Shown: piece after piece, positions 9,019 through 17,655 of the stretch
How the letters are laid out: every line of letters starts with the position of its first letter
How positions within the stretch are numbered: the first letter of the stretch is position 1
Origin: Patescibacteria group bacterium
GTDB taxonomy: Bacteria; Patescibacteriota; Patescibacteriia; UBA9570; JAHJKD01
Length of the DNA stretch: 39,967 nt
NCBI GenBank assembly: GCA_043821615.1
Contig: JBDRCS010000057.1
Coordinates: forward strand, 1 to 39,967
Direction: 5' to 3'
Program-made: the position numbers and the translations under genes
Notes under the pieces: model-generated
The model's input: only the letters and a program-made list of their open reading frames with translations
Database searches by the model: none
What the model was told of the DNA's origin: nothing

Positions 9019-11187
9019 TTAATTATTGAATTTTTTCGGGGCGCCTGCTTCCTGATTTAGTAATGCTTTCATTGATAATTCGATGCGGCCTCTCATTTTA
9101 TCAACTTTCATTACTTTGACCTTTACCTTATCTCCAACTTTCAAATAATCAGAGACCTTTTCCACTCTTTCATTGCTGATGTTTGAGATATGAACCATGC
9201 CGTCAATTTTCGGAGTAAGCTGGACAATGGCCCCAATTTCGGCACCGGTATTTTTATCGGCAATTATTTTAATAACTTCTGATTCATATATTTCACCGGG
9301 CTCAACTTCCTTTAAGGTGTCTTCGATCATTTTTAGGCCCGCCTTCATGGCATCGCTGTCTTCACTGGTGACATAAACTGTGCCGTCATCTTCAATGTCT
9401 ATGCCAACGCCAGTTTCATCAATGATGCCATTGATAACTTTTCCGCCGGCGCCGATTAGATCGCCGATCTTTTCAGGATCAATGTGAAGGGTTTCAACGC
9501 GAGGAGCATAAGGAGACATTTCCTTGCTTGGTCCGGGAATGGCCTGGGCCACAACTTCTAAAATTTCCAGACGAGCTTTTTTGGCTTGCTCAAAAGCTTG
9601 TCTGCATTGCTCCAGGGAAATACCAGTGACATTACTGATATCAAGCTGGACAGCAGTGACGCCATTCTTGGTGCCGGCTACTTTGTAATCCATGTCGCCG
9701 GCATGATCTTCTACGCCTTGGATGTCTGTGATAATTTTATATTTATTCTTGGAATCGGAAAGATCTGACATAAGTCCGATGGCGATGCCGGCTACCGGGG
9801 CCTTAATGGGAACACCAGCGTGCATCAGGGCCATTGATCCGCAAGTGGCCGAACCTTGAGAGGATGAACCGTTGGAAGACAAAACTTCAGAAACAACGCG
9901 GATAGTATAAGGGAAATCTTTTTTATCAGGGATGACCGGCTCCAGAGCTTTTTCAGCCAAGGCACCATGACCAATGTCTCTTCGACCGGGACCGCGAATT
10001 GGGGAAACTTCACCTACAGAAAAGCCGGGGAAGTTATAGTGATGTATAAATGATTTAGTACCATCTATTTCCATTTGATCCATAATTTGTTCGGCACCGG
10101 GAGGAGCTAATGTGACAATGGATAAAATTTGAGTTTCACCTCTTTGAAATAGACCGGTTCCATGCACTCTGGGAAGGATGCCAACTTGGGCTGACAAATC
10201 TCTGATCTCATCTATTTTTCGACCATCAACACGTTCTTCTTTTTCAATTAAACGTTTTCTGGCTTCATCTGAATAAGTATGGTCTAAATAGTCCAAGGCA
10301 TAGCCAAATTCCTCTGAAGTTAGCGCATTTTTAAGTTTGTCTTTAACATTGTTTTCAGCTGTATCTCGATCCATTTTTGACTTGAGTCCAAATAATGAAT
10401 CCATATTTTCAGCAACAATTGGTTCAGCTTTTTTAATGGCTTCTTCTTTTACTTTTTGGTCTTCTTCTGAAAGATCAAAAGAAGAGGTTTCCATTTTTTC
10501 TTTACCAATTTCTTTCTGGATTTTTTCCAAAAATTCAACAACTGGTTTTAAATTTCCTAAACCGAATTCAATAGCACCTAAAACTTTTTCTTCTTCGGCC
10601 TGATTGCCTTCAATTTCCATCATGACAACTTCTTCGTTGCGTCCGGCTAAAGTAAGATTAAATAATGATTCTTCCCTTTGTTCGATGGTTGGGTTTAATA
10701 CATATTTCTCATTGATATAACCAACGGTACAGCCAGCTAACGGGCCTTTCCAAGGAATGTCGGAAATCATCAGAGCACCAGCCGCACCAATGAGGGCGAT
10801 GATGTCCTGATTTGTTTCTTTATCATAGGCAAGAACATTTACAACCACTTGAACATCATTTCTCATTTCCTGATTAAAAAGAGGGCGAAGTGACCGGTCG
10901 ATTACTCTACCGGTTAGGATGGCTTCATCTGACGGACGACCATCTCTTTTCATGAAACGAGAGCCGGAAATTTTTCCAGCAGCATAAAGATTTTCAACAT
11001 AGTCAACCATAAGAGGGAAATAATCGATACCGTCTCTTGTGTCTGAAGACATAACGGCAGTGACTAAAACAACGGTTTCGCCATATTGCATTTTTACAGA
11101 TGCATTGGTCAGGCCGGCTAACTGGCCGGTTTCGAAAGTGAGGGTTTTTCCTCCCCATTCGAGCTCATACTTTTTTGGTTCGTTCAT
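9019..11187 (-). CDS. pnp: Polyribonucleotide nucleotidyltransferase (PNPase)
   Basis: 722 aa. Duplicated RNase PH domains, then a KH domain (GGKVINGIIDETG) and a C-terminal S1 domain (GEIYESEVIKI..GMVHISNIS). Confidence 0.95.
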   Translation of the reverse strand: MNEPKKYELEWGGKTLTFETGQLAGLTNASVKMQYGETVVLVTAVMSSDTRDGIDYFPLMVDYVENLYAAGKISGSRFMKRDGRPSDEAILTGRVIDRSLRPLFNQEMRNDVQVVVNVLAYDKETNQDIIALIGAAGALMISDIPWKGPLAGCTVGYINEKYVLNPTIEQREESLFNLTLAGRNEEVVMMEIEGNQAEEEKVLGAIEFGLGNLKPVVEFLEKIQKEIGKEKMETSSFDLSEEDQKVKEEAIKKAEPIVAENMDSLFGLKSKMDRDTAENNVKDKLKNALTSEEFGYALDYLDHTYSDEARKRLIEKEERVDGRKIDEIRDLSAQVGILPRVHGTGLFQRGETQILSIVTLAPPGAEQIMDQMEIDGTKSFIHHYNFPGFSVGEVSPIRGPGRRDIGHGALAEKALEPVIPDKKDFPYTIRVVSEVLSSNGSSSQGSATCGSMALMHAGVPIKAPVAGIAIGLMSDLSDSKNKYKIITDIQGVEDHAGDMDYKVAGTKNGVTAVQLDISNVTGISLEQCRQAFEQAKKARLEILEVVAQAIPGPSKEMSPYAPRVETLHIDPEKIGDLIGAGGKVINGIIDETGVGIDIEDDGTVYVTSEDSDAMKAGLKMIEDTLKEVEPGEIYESEVIKIIADKNTGAEIGAIVQLTPKIDGMVHISNISNERVEKVSDYLKVGDKVKVKVMKVDKMRGRIELSMKALLNQEAGAPKKFNN

Positions 11188-11205
11188 AATGTTTTGTTCT
11201 GGTCA

Positions 11206-11241
11206 GCAGACTTCAGACTCGGGAAGAGTCTACATGTCTGC
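11206..11241 (-). promoter_or_regulatory. Nested hairpin in the pnp 5' leader
   Basis: Outer stem GCAGAC/GTCTGC and inner stem AGACTC-GGGAA-GAGTCT, ending 19 nt upstream of the pnp ATG (11187). Confidence 0.45.
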
Positions 11242-11258
11242 CGGCCATTTATTATTAA

Positions 11259-11822
11259 TTATTTATTAAAATTAAATATTTCGTCCACTTGCTCCAGAAA
11301 TTCTTCGCTGCCGCCGAAATTATAGAGCCATTCATCTTTTTCCAGGAGAATCATATATACAGGCGAGCCGTCTTTGTTGGAAGCACCAGTGATGAAGGTG
11401 GCGGGATAACCATCGATGGTAACATCTTCTTCTGAAGCAATATTCTGGCTTTCACGGACAATGCCTTCCATGTCTCCGGGCATTACCGTGAGATAATTAT
11501 CTTCCCCAAAATGGTATAAATAGGTATCGCCAATGAAATCCGGACCCACTTCATTATAGCCAACTAAAGTGAAGTCGAGAGATGGGGATAATAATTCTAG
11601 TTTTCCCTGTTTTTCAGCTTCTTCTTCTGTGAGATCGTCAATATCTTTATATTCTTCTTCTACTGCTTCATTAACATTTTTATTTACTTCATTGGGGTTA
11701 TATTCCACATCTTCGGACCAAAAAACAAAGTAAAATACCAGAATTATGCCAACAATAACCAGAAAGCCTATGAATAGCCATCCGGAATTGTCTGTTTGTA
11801 AGAATCTTTTTGTTTTGGACAT
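11259..11822 (-). CDS. Hypothetical membrane-anchored protein
   Basis: One N-terminal TM (WLFIGFLVIVGIILVFYFVFW) and an acidic linker. Start moved to ATG 11822 (MSKTKRF) because the track start at 11843 lies inside the rpsO terminator hairpin. Confidence 0.6.
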   Translation of the reverse strand: MSKTKRFLQTDNSGWLFIGFLVIVGIILVFYFVFWSEDVEYNPNEVNKNVNEAVEEEYKDIDDLTEEEAEKQGKLELLSPSLDFTLVGYNEVGPDFIGDTYLYHFGEDNYLTVMPGDMEGIVRESQNIASEEDVTIDGYPATFITGASNKDGSPVYMILLEKDEWLYNFGGSEEFLEQVDEIFNFNK

Positions 11823-11831
11823 GATATATAC

Positions 11832-11859
11832 AAAAAACCCCAAGAAAGGGGCTTTTTTT
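11832..11859 (-). terminator. Rho-independent terminator directly after rpsO
   Basis: The minus strand reads TAA AAAAAAG CCCC TTTCTT GGGG TTTTTT; the stem can extend through A:U and G:U pairs. Confidence 0.55.
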
Positions 11860-12133
11860 ATATGTTGGTATCTTTTAATTTCAAGGCAGCAATTATCTTT
11901 TCGTAAGATTTTAGGTCGTCTTTTTTCAAATATCGCATTAATCTGCGTCTTTGACCGACTTTTTTCAGCAAACCGCGACGAGAGGAGAAATCTTTCTTAT
12001 GTTCTCGTAAATGGCCAGTGAGATCTTCAATTTCAGCTGATAATAGCGCAATTTGCACTTGTGGGGAGCCAGTATCACCTTTGTGAGTGGCAAACTTTTG
12101 AATAACGTTGTCTTTTTGGGTCTTGGAAATCAT
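11858..12133 (-). CDS. rpsO: 30S ribosomal protein S15
   Basis: MISKTQKDNVIQKFATHKGDTGSPQVQIALLSAEIEDLTGHLREHKKDFSSRRGLLKKVGQRRRLMRYL is canonical S15. Start taken at ATG 12133 (91 aa). Confidence 0.9.
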   Translation of the reverse strand: MISKTQKDNVIQKFATHKGDTGSPQVQIALLSAEIEDLTGHLREHKKDFSSRRGLLKKVGQRRRLMRYLKKDDLKSYEKIIAALKLKDTNI

Positions 12134-12190
12134 AGTTTTCTTATGCGCGACACCCAAGAAAGCGCTAATGGCCTCAAACCGAGGTGTCGT
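12134..12190 (-). promoter_or_regulatory. Structured rpsO 5' leader (possible S15 autoregulatory element)
   Basis: 7-bp stem CGACACC (12148-12154) / GGTGTCG (12183-12189). It competes with a local CCTC/GAGG hairpin (12172-12184), so the two pairings exclude each other. Confidence 0.4.
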
Positions 12191-12300
12191 AGATTAATTT
12201 TTTAAATATTTTATGTAGTGAGGAGTATACCAATATATATAAAAATAGTCAATTTTAGAGGGCTCTATACTTAACTTGGTGGTGGAAAAGTTAGTTGTAG

Positions 12301-12632
12301 CCCCAATAGGGAGAGCCTTATACCTCGCATTTCAAAGGAATAAAAAGAACCCGGCGGAGAAGAGGTCTCGAGGCAGAACGTGGGAGTGAACTGCCTTGAT
12401 TCCAATTCTCCACCGGGTCAGCCAAGGTGCAGGTAAAACACCCTAGCTCTTCACGCCGGAGAGAGAGTCTAGCGCCTGAAAAAAGGCGCGGGCAAATGTC
12501 GGAACCTATGACTATCAGTCCCTGTCTTTGGCTCTCTACACAATCCGGCGTGGATTGTGCGGTGCCGGGAGAGGTGTCCCCCTCCCGGCGAAAAAAGAAG
12601 CGCTGGCTCGGGCTGAGCCTTGCTCCATTGGG
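12301..12632 (-). ncRNA. Unclassified GC-rich structured RNA candidate (about 330 nt)
   Basis: 38/60 GC in a hand-counted line versus 16-24/60 in host lines. Only overlapping nonsense ORFs on both strands. Perfect helices include GCCGGGAG/CTCCCGGC, CACAATCC/GGATTGTG and GCGCC/GGCGC. A 13-bp helix (12349-12361 with 12406-12418) has a G:U on the minus strand but a C:A mismatch on the plus strand. The ends pair as a closing helix (12623-12632 with 12301-12313). Confidence 0.45.
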
Positions 12633-12638
12633 AAACAA

Positions 12639-12665
12639 AGTATATTAATATGGTTTTTTTGTCAA
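12639..12665 (-). promoter_or_regulatory. Possible promoter for the GC-rich RNA (TTGACA-15-TATACT)
   Basis: The minus strand reads TTGACA AAAAAACCATATTAA TATACT. The 15-nt spacer is short, hence the low confidence. Confidence 0.35.
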
Positions 12666-12672
12666 TCTCTTT

Positions 12673-12715
12673 CCTCTCCCCCTGCCCCCCTCTCCCCTCC
12701 GGGAGAGGGGGAAAC
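12673..12715 (+). repeat. GC-rich hairpin repeat, copy 1 (REP-like)
   Basis: CCTCTCCCCCTGCCCCCCTCTCCCCTCCGGGAGAGGGGGAAAC. 38/43 identical to 37005-37047. Stem CCCCCTCTCCC/GGGAGAGGGGG. Confidence 0.8.
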
Positions 12716-12716
12716 C

Positions 12717-12745
12717 AAAAAAAGACCAAACAATAATGTTTGGTC
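12717..12745 (-). terminator. Rho-independent terminator after the 12770..13123 gene
   Basis: The minus strand reads GACCAAAC ATTATT GTTTGGTC TTTTTTT. Confidence 0.75.
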
Positions 12746-12769
12746 AATTTTATCTAAAATGTAAGTATA

Positions 12770-13123
12770 TTATTTAACAAAAGCCTGTAAAGCGCGTTGT
12801 TGGGCGGCGTTAATAGCGCGATTTCCAATTATTTTCCCGGCATTTTTACCGGTTTGTTTGATAAAATGCTGACCGGCTTTGGAGAAGCCTTTTTGGGCTA
12901 CAGAGGATTTTATGGCTTTTAGGATGTGGCCTGAAGCCAGAAATTCGCCCGCAATATAAAGGCCGCGGTCAACCAGCTTTAATTTTTGGCCAGCTAGGTT
13001 GTAGCCGACAATGGCATAGCCAATGCCGACAAAAGGCACTAATTCAGCACAAAAACTCGTTACTTTGGGAACTGTATCTAATTCGAGGAAAATTAAAATT
13101 TTTCTAAAATTTGATTGTTTCAT
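12770..13123 (-). CDS. Hypothetical protein (117 aa)
   Basis: Host-like composition, followed by a clean terminator. No motif recognised. Confidence 0.5.
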   Translation of the reverse strand: MKQSNFRKILIFLELDTVPKVTSFCAELVPFVGIGYAIVGYNLAGQKLKLVDRGLYIAGEFLASGHILKAIKSSVAQKGFSKAGQHFIKQTGKNAGKIIGNRAINAAQQRALQAFVK

Positions 13124-13153
13124 AGATGAGGTATTGTATAGGAAAATAGGGAT

Positions 13154-13182
13154 TTGTCAATGAGGTGAATGTGTCGTAAAAT
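13154..13182 (+). promoter_or_regulatory. Promoter TTGTCA-17-TAAAAT, 6 nt before the xer ATG (leaderless candidate)
   Basis: TTGTCA at 13154-13159, 17-nt spacer, TAAAAT at 13177-13182, ATG at 13189. Confidence 0.5.
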
Positions 13183-13188
13183 GTGTGT

Positions 13189-14109
13189 ATGGTCAATTTA
13201 AAAGATTTAAAAACTGAGTTTTTGGAATATTTGGAGATTGAGAGGAATCGGTCTCAGGCGACGATTAAGAACTATGATTTTTATCTGGAGCGTTTTTTGG
13301 AATGGTCGAAACTGACTGACCCGGCAAAAATTGATTTACCGGTTGTGAAAAATTACCGGCTTTACCTAAATAGAATGACTGATGAGAAAACTGGCGAGCC
13401 TCTAAAGAAGAATACGCAGAACTATCATGTGATCGCCCTAAGGAGCTTTTTAAAATACTTGGCCAAGCAAGACATTGAAACTTTGTCGGCCGATAAAATT
13501 GAATTGTCTAAACAACCTGACAGACAAGTGGAATTTTTGGAAGGAGCTGAGCTGGAGAAAATTTTAGAGGCTCCCCTGCAAATTAAAGGTCCGGAGATTA
13601 TTAAAAAAAGGGATAAGGCGATAATGGAATTATTATTTTCTACAGGATTGCGTGTATCAGAAATTGCCAAACTTCAAAAAGATGATATTAATTTAAAAAA
13701 AGAAGAATTTTCCGTAAGGGGAAAAGGCTCAAAAATTAGAGTGGTGTTTTTATCAGAGCAGGCGCGCTATTGGCTGGGTGAATATTTGAAGATGAAACAA
13801 ATGGATGTGTCGCCTTATATTTTTACAGCGCATGACAGAGCCCAAAAGGGCAGAGATGAAAAACCAATCACGCCACGCACCGTTGAACGCATCGTGGAAA
13901 AGTATGCCAAGGTAGCCGGGATCACAAAAAAAGTGACGCCCCATACTTTGCGCCACAGTTTTGCGACCGACCTTTTAGCATCCGGGGCGGACATCAGATC
14001 TGTCCAGGCCATGCTGGGGCATTCATCCATTACCACAACCCAAATATACACTCACATTACAGATAAACATCTGAAAGAGATTTACAAAAAATATCATAAT
14101 AAGAAATAA
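13189..14109 (+). CDS. Tyrosine recombinase, XerC/XerD family
   Basis: N-terminal SAM-like core-binding domain. C-terminal RVSEI ... HTLRHSFATDLLASGADIRSVQAMLGHSSITTTQIYTH (R..HxxR..Y catalytic set). Confidence 0.85.
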   Translation: MVNLKDLKTEFLEYLEIERNRSQATIKNYDFYLERFLEWSKLTDPAKIDLPVVKNYRLYLNRMTDEKTGEPLKKNTQNYHVIALRSFLKYLAKQDIETLSADKIELSKQPDRQVEFLEGAELEKILEAPLQIKGPEIIKKRDKAIMELLFSTGLRVSEIAKLQKDDINLKKEEFSVRGKGSKIRVVFLSEQARYWLGEYLKMKQMDVSPYIFTAHDRAQKGRDEKPITPRTVERIVEKYAKVAGITKKVTPHTLRHSFATDLLASGADIRSVQAMLGHSSITTTQIYTHITDKHLKEIYKKYHNKK

Positions 14110-15849
14110 TTATTTCTGTTTCTTCACTCTTAAAATTTTTGGACGAGGAGTAAGTTTGATATTGAATTTTCCGTCTGAGGCTTTAATTACGCTTTCTTTT
14201 TCAGTGGTGATCATACGCAACTGAGTGGCTTTGGACAGGGAAAGATTTACCCGAGCACTGCCATTGGTGTTCCAGATTGCATAAGTGGGCTTTCCTTTTT
14301 TTTTGAATTTATAATAATAGACCCCGCCTTTGGAGCTGGACTTTAAACCTCTAAGCCAGATATTACCACTGTCTTTACTGCCGTCCGGATTGTCATCAAT
14401 TACAAAGGATTGAAACTTAAGAGGACGATCAAGTTTGCCATTGGCATCACCGCCCCAATTGGAAGTATATTGAGCCAGATTGATGCGATAAGTCAGCCAG
14501 TCTGAAGGCAGGTTGCCGATATTATATTGAAAGGTTTCTCCATTTTTATCTTTAATTCTCATTCTTAGCTCGGTAGTAGAGTTTGAACCTTTGGCGCGGA
14601 ACTGGAGAACGCGCGATTTGAGAGGCAGGGTAATTTCTTTGGCAACCGGGGCATAGCAATTGGCATCGCTTTTTGTAAATTTATAATTTATTTTTATTTT
14701 ATTGCCACCCTCGCCAGTGATGGAACCGTTCGTATTGGTGGTGCCGGAAAATTCCCAGGTATTGGGCTTGGAAAAATCGTCCACCGTTTTACTGCTGATC
14801 AATTGCACGGACTTGAAGGTTGAATTTACCAAATAATTTGCAGTCCGGCTGTAGGCAGGGTAGGCAGTTTTTTGAGTCCAGTCATTATTCATGATGCCAA
14901 AATTTGATTCGATGTAATCTTCATTGGAAGAATCGTCCCTGAAGTCATACCAAAAACCCTTTTCCACTTTGGGAACAGCTAAAGCTAAAATAAACTCACG
15001 CATCAAAAAACTGGCCTGAGTTTTATCATAGACGCCGTCCGTATAAGTGGACCAGCCGAATTCCGTGAGCCAGACAGGCTTATTGGGAAAACCCTTGTCT
15101 TTCATTAGAGCTCTTAAATTGTAGAGGTCGGTTGTTAAAGAATTTAAACCAGTTACAGTTTGCTCCGGACTGTAATTAAAATTATCATCTTTTACTCGAT
15201 AAGGATGAACAGCAACTATATCAAAAGGAACGGTTTCATAATTGGCTTTTAAGTAATCGATCAAATTACCAAGATAGACCGTGTCTGTACCGGACATACC
15301 GCCAATAATTACTTTGGCGTCTGGATTGGCAGCTTTTATTTTGGTGTAGGCATCATATAGATAAACAGCATATTGCTGATAATCTGGTTCGGGCAGCCAG
15401 AAGCCTTCATGATTGGGCTCGTTCCAGATTTCCCAGTAATCAATGCTGTCTGCATAATGAGTGGCTACGTTGGAAACATAGTCTTTCCAGGCAATGGAAT
15501 TGGGTGGGTAGTAGTAATAATTCGAGGAACCAGGATTGGTGGAAGCCCAGGAGGAAGAATAGGTAAGTAAACCAAGAACATTAATGTTTTGGTTTTGATA
15601 ATTGGTCATAATGTTGTCGTACTGGGTCCAAGAATAAGTATTATCCGTCGGTTCCACCACGTCCCAATTAAATTGTTCGCGTGCCCATTTAACACCGGCA
15701 GAGGCGGCAAATTCCGTGGCTTCGTCCCAATTTTCATTAGTGATTCTTTCCCTGAGATGCATATTCATGCCAAAAGCATTAATTTTGGCTTCTGATAATA
15801 TTGGTAAAAGTAAAAAGAATAAAGAAGATATTAGTATTATTTTTTTCAT
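14110..15849 (-). CDS. Secreted clan GH-A (TIM-barrel, GH5/GH39-like) glycoside hydrolase with C-terminal extension
   Basis: Signal peptide MKKIILISSLFFLLLPILSEA. Acid/base motif YWEIWNEPN. Nucleophile motif VWLTEFGWS. C-terminal beta-rich region of about 230 aa (possible CBM). Confidence 0.7.
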   Translation of the reverse strand: MKKIILISSLFFLLLPILSEAKINAFGMNMHLRERITNENWDEATEFAASAGVKWAREQFNWDVVEPTDNTYSWTQYDNIMTNYQNQNINVLGLLTYSSSWASTNPGSSNYYYYPPNSIAWKDYVSNVATHYADSIDYWEIWNEPNHEGFWLPEPDYQQYAVYLYDAYTKIKAANPDAKVIIGGMSGTDTVYLGNLIDYLKANYETVPFDIVAVHPYRVKDDNFNYSPEQTVTGLNSLTTDLYNLRALMKDKGFPNKPVWLTEFGWSTYTDGVYDKTQASFLMREFILALAVPKVEKGFWYDFRDDSSNEDYIESNFGIMNNDWTQKTAYPAYSRTANYLVNSTFKSVQLISSKTVDDFSKPNTWEFSGTTNTNGSITGEGGNKIKINYKFTKSDANCYAPVAKEITLPLKSRVLQFRAKGSNSTTELRMRIKDKNGETFQYNIGNLPSDWLTYRINLAQYTSNWGGDANGKLDRPLKFQSFVIDDNPDGSKDSGNIWLRGLKSSSKGGVYYYKFKKKGKPTYAIWNTNGSARVNLSLSKATQLRMITTEKESVIKASDGKFNIKLTPRPKILRVKKQK

Positions 15850-15863
15850 ATTTTTATTTTTAA

Positions 15864-17285
15864 TTATTCAGGGAATTGTTTTTTGAGTTCGTCGGAGTCT
15901 AATTTTTCTGCTTTTTTTGCAATACCTTTCCTGATTTCAATAATGTCTATTTCTTTTAATTCGGGTTTTAATTCTAAGGCTCTTTTTTCTAGATAATCCA
16001 GAGTGTTTCTTTTGGGATCATCCAGGACTTCGTCTAATAATTTATTTAAGATTATGCCAACTTCGGGACCGGGTTTCAAGCCGAGTAATTCCATTATACC
16101 ATGGCCGTCTAAAACAAGCATGTTGGTGCTAATTGGATCTTTGTGAACCTCCACTATTCTTTCCTCTAGCTCCTGAAGCTTGTAGGGTTTGGCTTTAGGA
16201 CAGGCAGAACCTAAACGATCGCCTATTCTGAGATCAATGAGGTCTTGAAGATTGTCTTTGCCAATCCTCTTGAGCAAACGACGAACGCCTGCATCAGTAA
16301 TTTCACCAATATTATAATAGAACATATGGTTTTTAATGAGGTGAAAAACCCGGTCAGTATCTTTTTTAGAAAATTTAAGACGCTGCATGATTTTGCGGGC
16401 CAGTTTGGCCGAGACTATTTCATGATTGTGAAAAGTGGCGTTAAGGCCGTCGCCTTCCTTGGTTTGAGGCTTGCCAATGTCATGTAGAAGAGCAGCCAGT
16501 TTTACTAAAGGATCATTAGTGGGAGTAAACTGCATGGAAAGCAGGGCATGCATGTAAGCAGTATAGGGATGATGCTTGTTTTGAGTGAGACCGACATTAT
16601 TTTCCAGCTCCGGCAAAATGATTGCCTGGAGGCCGGACTCCTGAAGCAGCCACATGCCTTTGAAAGGGTCGTCTGAATCTATAATTTTCATTAGTTCATC
16701 ACGGATGCGCTCGCCAGAAACATGTTTGATTAATTCTTTTTGGTCTTGAATAGCTTGGAAAGTTTTTTCTTCTATAGAAAAGTTTAGCTGAGCTGCAAAA
16801 CGGATGGCGCGCATCATGCGAAGAGCGTCTTCGGCAAAGCGTTCTTCAGGATTTCCGACAGCTCTGATTAATTTATTTTCTAAATCTTGTTTGCCTTTAA
16901 ATAAATCTATGAGATCATTGCCGTCGTAAGCCAGAGCATTTATAGTAAAGTCTCTTCTCTTTAGGTCCTCTTCTAAAGAGACACCAAACTTTACTTCATC
17001 TGGGTGGCGCTTGTCTGTGTATTTGGCTTCAGAACGATAGGTGGTGATCTCCACTTCTTCACCGTCCAGATTTACGACTACGGTGCCAAAATTATTATTG
17101 TAATAACTATTAGTAAAGGCCTTTTCGATTTCTTCGGGCAGGGCAGAAGTGGTGATGTCCCAATCTTTGGGAGCTTTGCCAATTAAAAAATCGCGCAGGC
17201 AGCCGCCTACTATATAAGCCTCATAACCACCAGCTTTAAGCTGGTTAAGGGCGAATTCTATGTGTTGGGGTAATTTGATAATCAT
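15864..17285 (-). CDS. cca: CCA-adding tRNA nucleotidyltransferase with HD domain
   Basis: GGCLRDFLIGKAPKDWDITT polymerase-beta head, RDFTINAL, LLHDIGKP HD motif. Confidence 0.85.
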   Translation of the reverse strand: MIIKLPQHIEFALNQLKAGGYEAYIVGGCLRDFLIGKAPKDWDITTSALPEEIEKAFTNSYYNNNFGTVVVNLDGEEVEITTYRSEAKYTDKRHPDEVKFGVSLEEDLKRRDFTINALAYDGNDLIDLFKGKQDLENKLIRAVGNPEERFAEDALRMMRAIRFAAQLNFSIEEKTFQAIQDQKELIKHVSGERIRDELMKIIDSDDPFKGMWLLQESGLQAIILPELENNVGLTQNKHHPYTAYMHALLSMQFTPTNDPLVKLAALLHDIGKPQTKEGDGLNATFHNHEIVSAKLARKIMQRLKFSKKDTDRVFHLIKNHMFYYNIGEITDAGVRRLLKRIGKDNLQDLIDLRIGDRLGSACPKAKPYKLQELEERIVEVHKDPISTNMLVLDGHGIMELLGLKPGPEVGIILNKLLDEVLDDPKRNTLDYLEKRALELKPELKEIDIIEIRKGIAKKAEKLDSDELKKQFPE

Positions 17286-17414
17286 CTTCTTTTTTCCGGT
17301 CTCCCACCGGCATAAAGCCGGGGGATCCCTACAATTAGTAAATTTTGGGAACCGCCGGGTTTATCCGGGTTGGTTCACAAAATCATAGGTAAATAATACC
17401 ATACCAAATATGCA

Positions 17415-17443
17415 TTGACTATGTAAAGATTTTCTGGTAGATT
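17415..17443 (+). promoter_or_regulatory. Promoter TTGACT-17-TGgTAGATT for the tRNA-Arg unit
   Basis: TTGACT at 17415-17420, 17-nt spacer, TAGATT at 17438-17443 preceded by TGG. Confidence 0.55.
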
Positions 17444-17472
17444 ATTAGGGTTAATTTTATTTGAGCCCTCGT

Positions 17473-17580
17473 ATCTACTATGCCCTCGCAAAGCCTCGGG
17501 CTTCGTAGGATACTATCTATAATTACAATTTATTAGATAGCATTCTTCGAAGCTCTGATTCTTATCAGAGCGAAGTAGAT
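17473..17580 (+). repeat. tRNA-linked structured spacer element, copy A (upstream of tRNA-Arg)
   Basis: Shares ATCTACT..GCCCTC..GGGCTTCG.AGGAT..GAAGCTCTG..CAGAGCG.AGTA blocks with 18983-19101. Hairpins sit at the same positions and carry compensatory changes. Confidence 0.7.
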
Positions 17581-17652
17581 GCCCTCGTAGTTCAATGGAT
17601 AGAACAGCGGCCTTCTAAGCCGCGGATGTAGGTTCGATTCCTGCCGAGGGTA
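17581..17652 (+). tRNA. tRNA-Arg (anticodon TCT)
   Basis: Cloverleaf by hand. Acceptor GCCCTCG/CGAGGGT, D arm GTTC/GAAC, anticodon stem GCGGC/GCCGC with loop CTTCTAA, T arm GTAGG-TTCGATT-CCTGC, discriminator A. No encoded CCA. Confidence 0.9.
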
Positions 17653-17655
17653 CAT

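Noticed and set aside
12301-12632. Calling this GC-rich RNA candidate RNase P RNA, tmRNA or SRP RNA
   Set aside because: I looked for GAGGAAAGTCCGGGC and ACAGAACCCGGCTTA. I found only AGAACCCGGCGGA on the plus strand, at the wrong end relative to a GGTGCAGGTAA-like segment. GGAGCAAGGC-like and AGAGAGCCAAA-like segments occur on the minus strand but in the wrong order. There is no tRNA-like T-arm or CCA end for tmRNA, and no GGAA-tetraloop SRP domain IV. No family call can be supported without a covariance-model search.
12318-12764. ORFs 12318..12638(-), 12427..12648(+), 12469..12747(-), 12528..12764(+)
   Set aside because: They are mutually overlapping on both strands, with Arg/Pro/Gly-rich low-complexity translations. 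They are explained by GC-rich RNA helices and by the hairpin repeat (PLSPPGEGE-type peptide).
13189-14109. Treating the tyrosine recombinase as a phage or ICE integrase marking a mobile island
   Set aside because: Its length, two-domain layout and C-terminal motif are those of housekeeping XerC/XerD. It has host composition, no flanking att-like repeats, and no adjacent phage genes. It is also 6-15 kb from the GC-rich islands.
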